Positions 1 through 14,227 of a stretch of 64,000 nt of DNA are shown one piece after another. The stretch's first letter is position 1; every line of letters starts with the position of its first letter. Source of the DNA: Massalongia carnosa (lineage: Eukaryota); the NCBI GenBank assembly GCA_965645245.1, contig OZ287067.1, positions 3,162,001 through 3,226,000 of the forward strand. The letters run 5' to 3'. The position numbers were made by a program, and so were the translations under genes. The notes under the pieces were generated by a model, which saw only the letters and a program-made list of their open reading frames with translations, had not been told where the DNA came from and did not search any database.

Positions 1-1154
1 AAGCCCCCCCCCTCCCTAAAGATCCGGATTTTTAGATCAACCCCTCTACCTATATATATTTGCACAGAACGGTATTGGTGTAGAGAAGAACCGTTTGATG
101 AGTTGATCGGAGAGAAAATAGGATGTTCAACGACATGTCTCTCTTCTCAATCTACAGAGTATGTGTTGCGGAGGCTACGGATTATAGGGGTGGAAGTAGG
201 AAACAACAGCAAAAAGTACGTGCGATGATCAAGCTGATCCAATGGCAGGCTACTAATGATTGATTGAAAATGACTGAGGCTATCTATGGGGGCATATAGC
301 CCATTATATACCGCTGCCTGCCTTGAGCACGATTCTCCCACTTTCTATGTGATCGGTCAGTCAAATGCTGATATGTAAGCTCGTCTTTGTCGGAGTTCCA
401 AAGCTGACATATTTGCCTCATTATCAATCCACTGTAGAATGTTCGAATGTCTCCTAGAATATCAGACGCGGGATGTTGATGATAAATCCCAAGGTGGCCA
501 ATCCAAATACTTCCAATAGCTAGTGCGCATTGGGGTTAGTGCCATTTTCTATAAGCAGACATCTCGGCTATCCTCAACAGTATGCGTCCAGTTACCCGCT
601 AGTTACTTCACACGTAGGTATAAGACTCGGGCATCACGCATACATCTCCTGCCAGTTCGTGTGCGCGCCGTTCCTCGACACTGCCTTTGCAGCTTGCGAC
701 AGAGGCACGATAACTAGGGGTAGACCCCCAGGCAGCTACGTACTTAATAGACCCCCATGACGAGCCTACGGTCAACTGGCATAACGTGGCCTAAAGGGTA
801 AAAGGACAGATCACGCTCTTTGCTCGGGATCGCTCGAATCCAATCATCACGTTCAGCAAACGCGTTCAAGGATTTACAGAGAATCGTAAAGGCAACAACT
901 TCCCAGAACGCCGTGCAACGCTAAATACGGGGTTCGCTGTGTAGTTCATAAGCGTGAGAAAATGAAGGCGTTGGGAGGGTCGTAGGCATGACGCTGTCTC
1001 CAGCTCACACATCGCATTGTGGGCTTGAGGGGTAAGTTCCAGCTACCTGGCCGAGGCCTCGATTCGCTTTTCCGCCTATGTACATAGGGTAAGAATTAGG
1101 TGTCCAGGGGATGGTGAGCGAGCGTTGCCGCCTAACTGTTTGTTGCTTTCTCGC

Positions 1155-3737
1155 TTAGGATTGCACAGAGTTTGGAGAAGCTGTTGGATCGAGCGACACT
1201 AGAGAATCTGTGGGACTATTCGGCTCTAGAGAGGCGGTCGTGCCGTCTGGGGGCAGCATGGCAATCGAGCCGTCGGATGGGAGTGTCACTTTGGTAGGAT
1301 CGCCTGACTGCGAAGACGCCGTTGGGTCCCATGCTACCTGGGATCCTGCTAGATCTGCCGGCTGTAGTGAAGCTTTTGGGTCCGGTTCGGCTGCTGAAAC
1401 CCCGTCACCTTCTAGGGGAAGAAAAGCGGTGTCGTCTCCCGGTGGTGAAGTATACGTCACGGGTTTTTCGGGCTGAAAGTAATCAGTTCCTACAAGGCAA
1501 GCGTCACTCTCTTTGGTTTGGTCATCAAAAGGCTTCGTGTTTGGAGCCTTTTCTGGTCCAAAACGGGGAATGGTTTAGGGGCAGGGGCCGCTGGTGCTCC
1601 TGGTGGTTTGCTACCGGTTATGAGTGTTTTGCCTTCTTCGAAGATTAGGGTATCTATGGCCCAGCATTCCAATGAGCGAGGCTTACCCTAGTTGGGCTAT
1701 TAGGGTTAGCATATTTTTAGGCACTGAGTCGGTGTTGGGAGCGCATGACATACTGACATGAGCTCTATGCCGATGGGATGATCGATTCCCCAAGCTCTCC
1801 GTAGGCCGCCAAGTTTAAGCTGGATTTTGTGTCTAGTCTCAATGATGACACCTGTCTTAATGCCCTTTGCCTTGCACAACCCTCCTTGAGCTAAAAATAT
1901 ACTCCTATGCGTCAGGATCAACAACCTCCGGAGAGAAGAACAAAGAGTATTTCTGACCTTTTGTCGATCTAATAGAAACCGAACATTCTGGCATAGACAT
2001 GACCGCCCGTGCTTCAACCTTCCAACTGGGCGTTTGGATTCCCCATGAAAGAACCGCCTGACTGCAAAGGTTGATCGCTATGGGCCCCTCAATCTTTCCC
2101 AAGACAAACTGAGGCTTTGCATACTTCGATTGGTCGAAATTGACAGTTTTGTCGCTGTGATAGATTAGAGCGATGAGTAGGAATGCACCAGTAATAATCT
2201 TAGCGCGATTGGCACCAGTCCTTATAATCGATAGGGTGCCTTGAGCCTTCAAGTTGGACGTATCGATGGCCAGAGTGCCTGTCATCATGACACCATACCT
2301 TTTCTTTGCTAGAAAAAATGTCAACCTTTAGGATCAAGGTGAACTAGGATGTACATTTTCGGTAGCTTACCGAAAGCTTTGCAGAGAATGCAAAAGACCC
2401 GTGCACGACGCAGTTGGTGCAGAAAGCACCCATATCCCCTCTAAACACGGCATGCTTGGTCGTTTCCTTATTTCACTTTGATATTTGCGACCTACTTGAT
2501 GTTTCTGCCAAACTTAAATTTCTTGTCTTTGACCGCTTCTGCTGGTGTGATATCGATAGTCAGCGGTGCCCCTATATCGGTCCATCCCTAATGCCAACTT
2601 GAAGGCTCGCCCAAGGCAGCCGAAAGGTCTGCTGCAATTTCCAGCGAGATGTCTTGCGTATTTGCAGGTCCGCTGAGCGCAGCAATGGCAGGGGGAGCGT
2701 CCCATAGTGTCTGCCGCACCTTGGTAAAAAAAACCCTGGATTTGCTTCAAGTAGCTCTCCCCCAACATGTCATTGCCCTGCGGTTCATCGCTACTCGAGT
2801 TGTAGTAAGTGTCATGTTTGATACAAATGACGTGCCTGTTTGTTATGGAGTATACATACCTAGGGTTTGAGCTTGCCGCGGGACTCTTTGTTACTTGGTC
2901 CTAAAAGTCCTGCGCTTTCGTCCACCACGAACTATCAGTCTTTCCACTTCTGTCAACCTGGTCGTTGGGTGACGGTGGCCCATAAGATTCATCCTTGTTG
3001 TTATTTTTATCCACACCATTGAGTACGCTAATTCTTACTGGAGATTGGTCGCTGCCATGGGAGTTTTTGGTGGCTGTTGGAGGAAGCTCCTCTTACCCTC
3101 GGGCACGGAGGGGTGGTTGATGTTGTTGGAATTACCCCTAGCTCATGTCGAAATCGTCCGAAACATCGGGGAACTGCACTGGCTGAAAAGCTAGGTGCGT
3201 GGTTAGAAAACCTGGATCTTCTCGAACTTTGATCACGCTATATTGGTGTTAGTCGGGATATTTGAAACGAATGCGTGGTAATGTTTAAATGTGAAGTTCC
3301 CTTTGATCGTTTGGACTGCAGCCATCATGATTGGTGATCAACAAGAATGTGTGCTCTTCATGATGGTTGACGAAGCCCCATGCAGCCAAAGCGCGTTGGA
3401 GTGCATCTCCTGATTTGAAAGCTACGGCCATTCGTCCATCACCTCCGCTACAATCAACATGTTCAATTAGAGGGTCCAATCGCTCCAAAAGAACGAATGG
3501 TAGTCCACCAGGGGCGTGGAGGGTGATGTTTCCAAAATGAACCTTGTCTTCGCCATCATCAAGACCATATACCAGCTCTGCCTGTCCTTGGGGGAAGAAA
3601 TCTAACGCAGGTTCGTAATCACAGCAGTGAAGCCCAACAGCAGCTTCGAATTGGGTTATGTGAATAAGTATCAACCTCTGTGCACAAAGAGGGAAAGCGA
3701 CCAGGAAGATAGCTATAAGGTAGGCAACATGACGCAT
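1155..3737 (-). pseudogene. Decayed multi-exon gene for a secreted/cell-surface protein (N-terminal domain resembles fungal DUF7029-type proteins; Pro/Ser/Asp-rich tail)
   Basis: ATG 3737 opens a signal-peptide-like MRHVAYLIAIFLVAFPLCA, followed by LLERLD...VDCS...MAVAF...AW..VN...FLLITNHDGC. The intron after ~3290 has a branch (GACTAAC) and acceptor (ATATAG) but no GT donor. The next exon reads ...DDFDMS*G*FQQ with two in-frame stops. Further ORF fragments at 1905-2324, 1490-1672 and 1155-1460; the 3' boundary is approximate. Confidence 0.55.
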
Positions 3738-6034
3738 ATCGGGGAAGGATGAGAATCTAATAACAGGTAAAGAAGGAGGATGCAAGGAGAATGGCCATGA
3801 AGTAAAGATAAGAGTTAAAGTAGAGGCCTGCTACTGATGTAGATCTATGAAGACAAGATTGGCTAGGGCCGTCCAGAGACATATCACATGCCATGTGATA
3901 CCTCCGTCCCTGCAGCGTTTTGATGGCATGGTAAGATTATCCCCATCTCTGCCAAACTCGACTCGATGGCCGTACAATCCACGAAGTCTATAGAATTCAC
4001 CAACGAGTCGCCTTTTTAAAAAAAAAAAAATCATGTCTGCTGATCGGGGGAAATGGGTCTTGTGGACTGCGACGACAGACAGCTACAAGAGAAACAATCG
4101 AGATAAGTTTGGAAGATTTGAACGAGTCGCAAGGATACAAATCAATGAGAAGCTAATCGTATCTTGCTCTTGACTAGATTTCACGTAGAAGACCAGTATT
4201 GCACCGAAGCTAGAGCTCGAGGCAAGTTGAGCATTTCAATGCTCATCTGACAGCGCAAGTGGCCACAATAAGCGTAGATTAGATTTAGTAATAAGAACAA
4301 CTCGAAATAGCGACTTCATAGAATTGAAATATGACTTAGACCCTCTTCGATGTACCTTGTGTGCAACGCTCATTTATGGGAATAGGTCAGGGAGAGAGGA
4401 AGGAAACGCCAAAGCCAAAAGCCTCATGCTGCATGCCGCCACCATCGTGGTACCTGGGAGGGTCTTCCTGCGCACCTGACGCCTTCTCCAAATCTATCAC
4501 CGGGCCCTCTCGACCGCTTGTAATCCACAGGCCATTACCTCACCAGAGAATTGGAAGAAGCGCATGAGACATGAAATGCCGTTAGAACGCGTTTCGGAAC
4601 ACACCGGCTCCAGCAACTTTGCACATTGACGATCATCCGAGGACCACATGATATGAGCTCAGGATGGAGAGAGAAGGTTAACATGTCGCTGGATCCTTAA
4701 GCTCCTCCGAGCGCCCATACTTTCGGAACCTTACTGCACGACGGCTCGGAGGAGGAGACGAAGCAGAAAGATGTGATATAAAAAGATGAAAACCGGGTAC
4801 GGGGCGTGAATGGATGTATGATGTTGTGTGGTCCGTTTCCCACCAAATTCGATGGAGAAGTCAGAAACAGTGATGTTACCACGAGACAGGCAGATTTTTC
4901 GATGGGTCACGGGACTTTACGATACTTGCTTGGCTGCTACATGCAAGCATGACGATATGAAGGGGCGTGGGTCACTTTCAAACTTTGCATGGATGCGTGA
5001 ATGCTGGGATGCATGGGATATCCTGTAAACGTGGCGACAGCACTAACAGCTGTTTGATAGTGTCGACAGCGTCGATGAATGTCCATAGTCTTCGAACTTC
5101 AAACATGCCGCCATCGGCAAGATGTTTCGAGGTCTTGAGTCATGCTCGAAGAACTCGACCGTTGCTGTGCATGCCTCGGAATGCGCCTAATCTCGGCTTA
5201 TCAAGAACCTCGATTGGTCGTGATGGTCAACGTGCGTCGAGGATGACATTTCACTCGATACTTTCCTTTCTGTATAGAAAAAGGAATCATCTCCAAGGGC
5301 ATCATGGTAATACCCAGTGACCGTGGTCTCGGGAATCGAATGAAGTAAAAGTCCAGGTCACAGGCTATATGAAAGAACTACTGTCAACCGCCGAGAAAAC
5401 GACACTATCGCAACATTGAATAAGCAATATGAATTCTCCAAACTTCTCCAAAAGCACGTTTCGTGATGGCTCTCTCGTTCCATTCTTGGATCTTAGACGT
5501 TTCAACAACGTTTACGCTGTTCCAAGCAGACGCGAAGTCGATGCGAAGTGTGCGTCGAGGCTGACGCAACTTAGGGTTCGAGGAAGTAGTGCCGGGTACG
5601 AGAGACCAATCGGTGAAACGAACTCTCCGAGAAATCGGAACTAAGGCAAGGTAAGCAAGGCAGGCAAGGGTATGTACAAGGTAGGTACTTACTAACTAGA
5701 CGGGGCTAAGCCAGGGTGAGCTTACAAGTCGTGATCTTACGTAATCCTAATAGAGATGGATGTGAGAGTGACACTGGAAAGAAAAAGGTGTGAGGTCGTG
5801 CGAGACTAGCAAAAGGTTGGGAGACATGTACCTATACAGACGCTCTTTGCATCATGCTGTTGTCACTGCCGTGCGATCACGATTAGTACGTACATCCCAT
5901 CACGACCGGGCTAGGCTTGGACTAATCTAGAGAGAGCAGAGTGGAATATAAAATATATCGAACATACGAAAAATTCCAAAGTCTTCTCGTTTTCTGGTTG
6001 GCGCTACTGGAGTTTTGGGAGCAGAGCTATCAAA

Positions 6035-7980
6035 ATGGGACCGGAAAACATAGGGGATGCTGAGATAGGCTACCGTGACGACGATGGCCCTGAGGCATCC
6101 GCAAACACAAGTCCCCATATGCACATACGATCTGGCTCGGCTAACCTGGAATATGGGCAACTTCCGTTGCCGGTGTGGTATCGCGAGTCGTCAAGTTCAT
6201 TCCATTGGAGGTGGATCCCCTATCGCCTTCGACAGATGGCTCGATCCGTCGCAACGTGGACCAAAGGCCCGGATCCCCCACAAATCCAAAAAATCACTCC
6301 ATTCTTCCCCAAGATCCAGCGATCCCCGGTGGACCTGATGGAGAAATACCTGCCGAAGAAACGACACAAGGCGGCCTTGCTGGCGTTTTTCTACTTCGGT
6401 TGGACCCTGACTTTTTCGCTGGTTTTGAATCATTCGGCTTCGGCCGGGAACATCAAAGGGTATGGGAGGCCAGAATCGATTTGGTGTGGAGCAAGCTATT
6501 GGTAAGGAGAAATGCTGCCAGACCTAGAAAGAATATTGACAGCAGTTGCAGGTCTCCCAACAACGCTTGCGGTCTTGACGGCAACAGTTGTCGTCCGTTC
6601 AACAACGCTACGTTTGCGTTCCGATGCCCTGCCAACTGTGCTCGTGTCATGGTGCTCAATCCCCGTGCTGTAGGCGACCAAGAAATCAATTATAAATCAT
6701 TCGTGATCGGCGGCCCCCCAACCGACGAGGGCGGAGCTCATCCGGCCGATCCGATTTACCGCGCCGACTCCTTTATATGCCAGGCTGCCCTCCACGCCGG
6801 CGTGATCAACAATCAACGAGGAGGCTGTGGCGTTGTCGCTCTCACTGGCGAGCGGAGAGATTTTGCGGCCTCGCGACAGAATGGGGTCAATAGTATCGGG
6901 TTTGATTCATCGTTCCCAAAATCATATACCTTCCTTTCCGGATTGTCCTCGGATTGCATCACCGATCTCCGATGGCCCCTCCTCGCCGTCACCTTGACCT
7001 TTACTACTCTCTTATCTCTATGCACCACCTCTCCTGTAGTGTTTTTCGGCTCCATCTTCCCCATGCTCTTTTTCCACGTCGGCCTTGTGTCCGACCCACC
7101 CATCAACACTGCTCTACCATCTCTCGCCTCCCTCATCATCGGTCGCTTCTTGCCCGCCGCCCTAGCCTCGACCATCATATACCGTTACAGCGTTCGCCCT
7201 CAACTCACCGGTCTCAAGGCCCATGTCGAAAAAACCATTCTGTGGCTGGGTGGGGCGTGGGTGGGTTCGCTGAACAACTACACCTTCGATTTTATCCCCA
7301 TCGAGCGCCTCACCCCACACGACCTGCAAGTGCAACCCGGCGCTCGCCTCGCACTCGCGCTCATCGTCCTCCTCCTCCTTTCCATCGCCGCCGGCCAGGT
7401 GTACTACCTCCGCCTGGAGGGCCGCCTCCCACGCTACCTAGCCGTCTACGGCCTCTTCGTGACTTTTCTCCTCGTCTGCGTCATCGCGCCGCCGCTGAAC
7501 CTGCGCATTCACCACTACTTCCTCGCCCTCCTCCTTCTGCCGGGAACGCGCCTCCAGACCCGGCCCAGCCTGCTCTATCAGGGCATCTTGGTGGGGCTCT
7601 TCATCAACGGGACAGCGCGCTGGGGGTTCGATTCCATCCTGCAGACCACCGAAGCCCTCCGCGGTGACGGCCAGCTGGACTCGCTCCTGCCGAACATCAC
7701 CGCCCCTGTCGCCGTCAGCGTCTCCAACATTTCCTTTTCGTGGGGCACGCCGCCCAAGGGCTACGACGGTGTCAGCGTACTTGTCAACGACGTTGAGCGT
7801 CATCGATGGTACGTGGGCGAGGGGGCTGGGGAGCAGACTTTCGTCCGTCGCTGGGACGACGAGAAGGAGTATTTCCGCTTCGGCTACATGAGCGGCAGCG
7901 AAGCGGCCGATTACACGCAAGCGGGCGTGTGGACCACGGATGGCGCATGGGCGGTGATGAGGCCTGGGCCGAGTTTTTGA
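6035..7980 (+). CDS. LCCL-domain multi-pass membrane protein; exons 6035-6501, 6552-7980
   Basis: A 50-nt GTAAGG...TGCAG intron (6502-6551) joins ORF 6035 to ORF 6175 in frame (ASYW/SPNNACG). LCCL motif YRADSFICQAALHAGVI...GGCG, followed by several hydrophobic helices. Confidence 0.9.
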
Positions 7981-8321
7981 TTGGAATCGGGGGACGATGC
8001 TTCAAAGAAGGGAGGTTGTTCATGGTGCGTTTTTCGTTCTAGCGCTTTCTGTACAGGTTGTGGCTTGGGGGGGGGGGGGGGGGGGGGTCTGTTGCTTTGT
8101 GGATCATGGGAAGTGGGTGGATGGACGGATAGATGGGTGGATAGATGTGCAGTCTGATCTGATCTAATAGGAGAAGAACCCCTTTGTTGATATCTCGGAC
8201 GCCGCTATTTGTTTCTCTGTCCAACCATCGATGTACTACCTATCTATCTACCAACCTACCTACTTACCTACCACCTCCCTTCTCGGGGGGGGGTTTATTT
8301 AGAGTTGCCGAGATATATAAG

Positions 8322-8555
8322 AAAAGAAGGAAAGAAGGAAAGAAAGGAAATACTTAGATAATTAGATAATTAGATAATTAGATAGATAGATTAGATAATT
8401 GGGGGGGAGTGGTTTCCTTTTGTTATAATTTATCCTATCATCCCCTATCATCATTACTCCAAGGCGGGGGGGGCCAAAGAACATGATCCGAATCTTTCCC
8501 TTCGTTATTCCCATCAATCCAACCCGGTTCCACTTCCGTTATCTATCCAACCCCC

Positions 8556-8587
<32 letters not shown>

Positions 8588-8790
8588 TCTAGTTATCACG
8601 CCATGTTTTCCCTTCCTAAGCTTTTGTGTGTGTGTTGTGCAGTTCAGGAGTTCTGGAGCTTTGCGGATGTTGGGACTTGGATGGACCTTTTCGGATGGGG
8701 GAGGGAGATTATGTACATACATAGCGCGGATAAAGGGGTTGGGGGATGATTGGGTGGGTGGGGTGTGGGATGGGATGGGATGGGATGGGA
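8322..8790. repeat. Simple-sequence repeat cluster between convergent genes
   Basis: (AAAGAAGG)n, (TTAGATAA)n, (CCAG)n and (GGGAT)n tracts, with G-runs nearby. Confidence 0.8.
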
Positions 8791-9132
8791 TTTTGGCGAG
8801 AGGAGGGAAGGGTATATATAATAGGGGAGGTCGCGAGAGGAAGAACTACTTGAGTGAGTGTTAGGTAGGTGATGAGAAGGGGATAAACAAGGTAACGAGA
8901 CGGTTGGAAAGGGAAAGCACGTAGCGAGCGAACGAAAGTGTGCTTTGCTTGTCAGTCGGGGAAGAGTTGTTTGGGTGGAAGATGGTTGAGATTACAGTTC
9001 TGGCCAAGGGGAAAGGAGGGGCCAGAGCGAGAAGGTTTGTACAACAAGGTTGCATTGATTTTGACGGGTTTTGACTAATTACATGAACCGACCCCAAAAG
9101 AAAGCTGGAGCAGCGCAGACGCATTAGGTATA

Positions 9133-10334
9133 TTAACAGCACGCTTGCGGAATGACTGGCATTTCCGTTTCATGGCCATTTCCCTGCGAAGGCCGAAATC
9201 GAAACTCCCTCAAATACCGATAGTCGGGCATTGCCAACCTCGCATACTTTTCTAGCGCAGCTCCAACCTCGCTGCTAAACTCTTCGGCCCAGGACATAGC
9301 TTCTTTTTCGATATCAATTTCCCCGTTCCCGCCGTTGCTCCGGATAATCCCCGTGGAGTTGTTCAACGTGTCAAAAAACCTTACGTCCAGTGCGCTTTGG
9401 CGGCGGTGTTGATCAACAGAAATCTTCTTCCACAAGAATTTCACATGAAGCGGGTCTAGACGTAATGCTTCGCAGAGCTTTAGAATCACACGCTCGTCGT
9501 TGATAACATCGTCAGTATCAAGCACGATCGGCCATGATCCATTAGCATTGCGGAGGATTTCAGGACCCATTTCTGTGGGCAGAGAGCAGACTCCTCCAGG
9601 CGCTTGACCAGCGTACCAATTAAACATAAGCCTCGTCCAATGAAGACTGGTATACAACGGGAAGTCTTCATCATTGATGCCAACAACCATATTGGTTTCC
9701 CTAGCAGCGCGATAGAACGAGGGGATCATCCGGGCTGGGTGGCGTATGAGCATAATGGGCGTCATCGACACTAGGAAGGAGCGAGGCAACAGGGTGGGAT
9801 TGCGCAGGGTCGCGGCATATACAGCAGGTGGCTCCAGTCCTGTGGCTCCTGAGATACAGACGTAGCTACTTTCTGATCGATTATGATAGGTATATGCCCC
9901 ACTGTACGAGAAGGCATATTCGCAGCTATTATCTCCGGATCCATGATGAAGGCTAAATGTTCCTTGATCAAAGGTGATTTGCCCTGAAAATTTATGATGA
10001 GCATTGGAGTTGGAAAGGGGGGTCTCGTGCATACCTGCGCTTTGGCTAGTGACATGAAATCCTAAAGTTGATCAAGAGCACTTTGATATGAAGGTCCCTG
10101 ACTAGCATCCCCAGAACGCCAAGCTTCACCACCTTCCCCTTTAGTATTTCGCATTAACTTATCCGGACCAGTCGCAAATGCATCAAAAAATGGATAAGAG
10201 GTCGTAGAAAGCTGATGGTGCTTGGCAAAGAGCCGCAAGACGAGGTTGGATGCACTTCTGGGTTGAGAAAATAGATATATCCCCTGTGGAGGAGTTTCTG
10301 GCTTGAAGCTAGAACTATCTCGAGCGTCCGCCAT
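9133..10334 (-). pseudogene. Sulfotransferase-like P-loop protein, probably pseudogenised
   Basis: N-terminal motif LFSQPRSASNL, then IKEH, LIRHPARMIPSFYRA and IVLDTDD. In-frame TAG at 10062-10064 with coding continuing in frame (DFMSLAKAQ). Intron 9984-10034. A frame change near 9800-9900 is either a frameshift or a weak GTACAG...CTCAG intron. Confidence 0.65.
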
Positions 10335-10995
10335 TGTTCTTACATGTATTTGTGGTAGTCGATAAGGTTGGACTTTTCACTTTTCACTGTAATAAGCTAA
10401 TTCAAGTTGTTTATTCATATACCCATGGTGCGCTGGGCAGGTCAAATCAGAACTGTGCTAGCCGGAGGGGGTTCGTTTGGGGTCTTAGCATGCAGCCATT
10501 TTCCTTAGCCCCACAAAGTCTGCGCAAATGAAGTTGCTTGTCTAAGGTTTGTTATTCGAAAGCTAACAAGCACACGATGAACAGTTTCCGAGACCGGAAG
10601 AACTCCTACCGTACTCAGAGGTTCGGGAGCCCTGCTTGGTAATCGATTTTATTTCAACCGATAGACTCGCTACCCAGTATAAGTACACTCTTCCCCGTCG
10701 AAAACTGGGTTGTAAAATGCTTGGAGTCATCGCATGCAGCCGATATTTCAGTATTGTCTTTCATGCTTTTTGACTTGGCTTCCTCTGCACTGCATGTAAG
10801 CTAGAACGACATAGTTTGTACAGTTTTGTGAGTTATTCCCGGGTTTCAACGGTCGTAACCGCAACGACCTTACCAATCAGGGGTTAGATCATATATGTCT
10901 ATGTGAAGTCTTAAAGGGTCAGGAAAGCAGCCATAGATTTGCGGAGCTTTTTCTTCCAGCATGTACCGAGCATGGCGCTTGCAACCTGTTCTCCT

Positions 10996-13755
10996 TCAGT
11001 TAAAAGTCCGCAGATAGCGTTTCTCTGTCGCGGTCCTAATAATCAAGCTGTCGGCCAGAGTCTCCCAGCAGGCCTCTCCATCTACTCGATGAACTCCACG
11101 TAATCCAGCAACCACAAAATCGAGAAGTTTAGTGAAAGCGACATGCATGTTCCGCAGGCTTTCTGCATATGGCGTTTCTGCGAACGATATGTAGCTCACA
11201 TTAGCCGTGCCATCCTGGGAATCGGCTTCATCATCATCGGATGAGTCGAAAGTTGTATCGCCACTTTTGCCCGCATATCTTGAGTCGTGTCGATGGCTAG
11301 GGGGAAACACCAAAGAGCCTGGTTGACCCGTATATGAAGCATGTGTATCGGAGAAGAGAATGACAAGGTCCAGAAGAGATATGATGGCTTGATGGATCGG
11401 CGCTAGTCTTTTCGCAATCATGCATTGCTTTTCTAGCCTAGATATAAAAGTTGCGTGGACTGCAATCATCCCGTCTACGTCTTCTGCTGCAGCCATGTTA
11501 GCCCTTAAGTCGGCAGTGGCCCTAGCTATCACTAGGTTTGTTATATACGTCAAAAGGGTATTGGAGAACCAAAGAAGCCGATGACGAAGAGAGTACACAA
11601 GGTGATTTTCTCCATCTTCGTTGTCCGACGCTGGTAGCGCACTTTTCAGCAAACGCTGCCGCTCGAGCAAATGCTTTGCTCTCTGTATTTGGGTCAAGAA
11701 AACGAAAATTTGTTGATAGGTTTGCATGGATTGGGGCTTAATAATATTCGCTACCTGCCAAGGCAGCTGGTACCACACGCACAGACTGCCGAATACCTTC
11801 ATGGACCGTCTCTTGCTTTGGATATCCCGGTACGAACCCACGGAGCGGCGAACGGCAAGGCGCCTGACATCAATGCATGGAATTTCTCCAAAACCCTCCT
11901 GAAACAGCTCGGTCAAAACAAATCCGTCGTTCCATGTTTCAATGCCACGGTCCATTTGATCGAAGATGGTTGTTATAATATTAATGCTCAATGCTCCATT
12001 TCGAGAGAAATACAAAAAATCCAACGCATCGAACGACTTTCCTAAACCATATTGCGACTCAAGGTGTTGCCGAAGGATTTGGGAAGAAGAACGATGCTTA
12101 TTAGTGATCCACTCATCAAGGGCTAGGTCAAAAAGCTCCGCAAAGGGGCTTAATACATCCAGGCCTTCCTTTGCGCACACACTTTTGTAATCCAATGCCG
12201 GCTCACTTGCTGCCTCAAGATGTGATTTCCCAACAGTTAGCCCGAACAGCTTCAGGAAGTGAACACTTTTTCCAGTGGTGAAGATTTTCTGTGCGGCAAC
12301 GTGCAGGAACTTAGGAGCATACAACTGGTTTTTCTCGTCCTGAATGAGATGGTGCTGTTGCTGCCACACAAAATCTAGAGGGACCTGGTCTTCATTCGCT
12401 GACACAAAGAAACCATGATCATGATCGCTCAGTTCGCCATTCTCCATCCAAACTTTGACAGGCTTCAGATATGTATGGAAACAATCGAAAAAGAATGAGC
12501 CCATAAATTCATAACCTTCCACATCTCCGGTACTCTGAGTTGCGCATGTAGCGTCGTAAAGAAATTCAAGTAACTTAAAAGGTACTTGATCCTTGGCCAA
12601 GGACTGTGCTTGGGTTAATATCTTGGCTACCTGGAGCATAAATCGAGATGTATAGTTTGACTCGTTCAGAAGGCTTAAGAGGCTAGATGTAAAGGACCTG
12701 GAAGGGTCTGTGATCCGCGCCTGTGTGATGGCGAATGAGCTATCAACTACTCTCATTCGCAGAGCAAGTGCAGCCTGAAAAGTTTGTAGCAGAGGAACCT
12801 TTTCATCCCGTCTCAGCCAGCCACGGATTGTTCCTAGGTGGTGGCCCAGCCTCGCGAATTTCTGAAGTAGTTGTATTACTGAGTCATGAGACAAATGGCT
12901 AATATTAGAGAGGGGCGACAGCGTTATAAATCCATCCGGGTTGAGTATGTATATTGATGTCGGCATACCAAGAAGCATGAAGATGACTTCCCGTACCATT
13001 TGGGTTTCGGTCAACAGAAGCTTGGGACGCATTGGCGATCGCATGTCCTTAGCTAAGTTTTCTCGGGGCTTGCGGTCTCTCCAAAACTGTGAATTCGCAA
13101 TCTCCTGAAACTTAGCAGCATTGGGAGGTATGATCAGGGCGCCGTCATTATTAGCAGCTTCATCAAGCTCGGTGCCTAAGTCTAACGCACAGTCAGCGGA
13201 CCTAGAACCGTCCAAATTAATGTCATCATCTTCGTCGGAGCCATCAGCAGCAAAATCCACTACATCCCAAATTCCGTCGCTGTTGTCTAACGGATCGTCT
13301 GCGATGATGTCGGACCATGTTAACGGTACAGATAAGGGCTGTGGCTTGATCGCGTCGAGGTCCTCGATCTTGGACTTTTGGGCTGGCTGGTCGGAGAGCT
13401 GCAATAGCAGCGAGAGAACATCAGGAGTCCATTTGTTTGATCTTTGTGACAACTCCTCTAAGCGTACTTGGAGAGCATCCGCTACCTCATCGTTGTTGAG
13501 GACTCTCAGTTTCTCGTCCAAACCGATCAACCGAGCGTAGGCTTCGAAAGGGTTTGTACGTGCGGGACGGGGATCTGCAATGACATGGAGGACAACCGAC
13601 TTTTGTTGAGTTTGGCGCGTTGCGTCCTGTTGAACTGAGGGATCAACGGCCTACACAAGGAAAGTCCATATGATTGGACTTACATTGGGAGAGGAGATGT
13701 TGAACGTTTCAATAAGTCGATCAATGAGGTTGTCAATTGCCGCATCATGCGCCAT
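10996..13755 (-). CDS. GCP5: Gamma-tubulin complex component (Spc97/Spc98 family, GCP5/Mod21-like); exons 13755-13684, 13626-10996
   Basis: 844-aa ORF extended by a 24-codon first exon across a GTAAGT...CAG intron (13627-13683). This gives RTNPFE..ARL.GL.EKL, ETQMVREVIFMLLG, PKFLH..AQKIFTTGKS..FL and YQLPW...II....YQQIF.FL, typical of GRIP1/GRIP2 domains. Confidence 0.88.
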
Positions 13756-14227
13756 GTAAGGGATGTTTGTATTCTGCAGAGATGGAGAGGCTCATTTGCG
13801 TTACCTACCTTCACTGTATGGAGTAGCTATGACGTAATCATATTACGGGAATACATAGGTCCTCAATCGGTTAGTTACTTTGTACTCTGTACGAGGTAAG
13901 GCACGCGCAAATGGTTATTACCTATTCCGTACAGAGTACCCCTATTAAGTATACTTCATTTTCTTCGTCCAATCATAACTCGGAAATACTCATCGCAGAT
14001 CTTTGCATATGCCTAACCCTAACTGGATGGATTGTATGGACGGACTCCTTACAAGGCTTGAGCTCCAAATCAGTTTATCACCACAGAGTATCTTTCCCTC
14101 TCTCCTGAAACAACCTAACCTCGGTGACGACGACTCCAGGCAATGAGTCAATCGCATCTCCCTTTTTCCTGCATGTCAAGGTGATCGACTCTGTGAATGA
14201 GCACTGTACATAGGCATTATCTCCACC

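Noticed and set aside
147..460. Minus-strand fragment RQAAVYNGLYAP resembling a fungal nuclease-like family motif
   Set aside because: Too short and degenerate to support.
6954..8042. Long overlapping alternative-frame and antisense ORFs over the LCCL gene (similarly over the KTR, BCS1, elongase and transposase genes)
   Set aside because: Shadow ORFs expected from GC-rich codon usage; no independent motifs.
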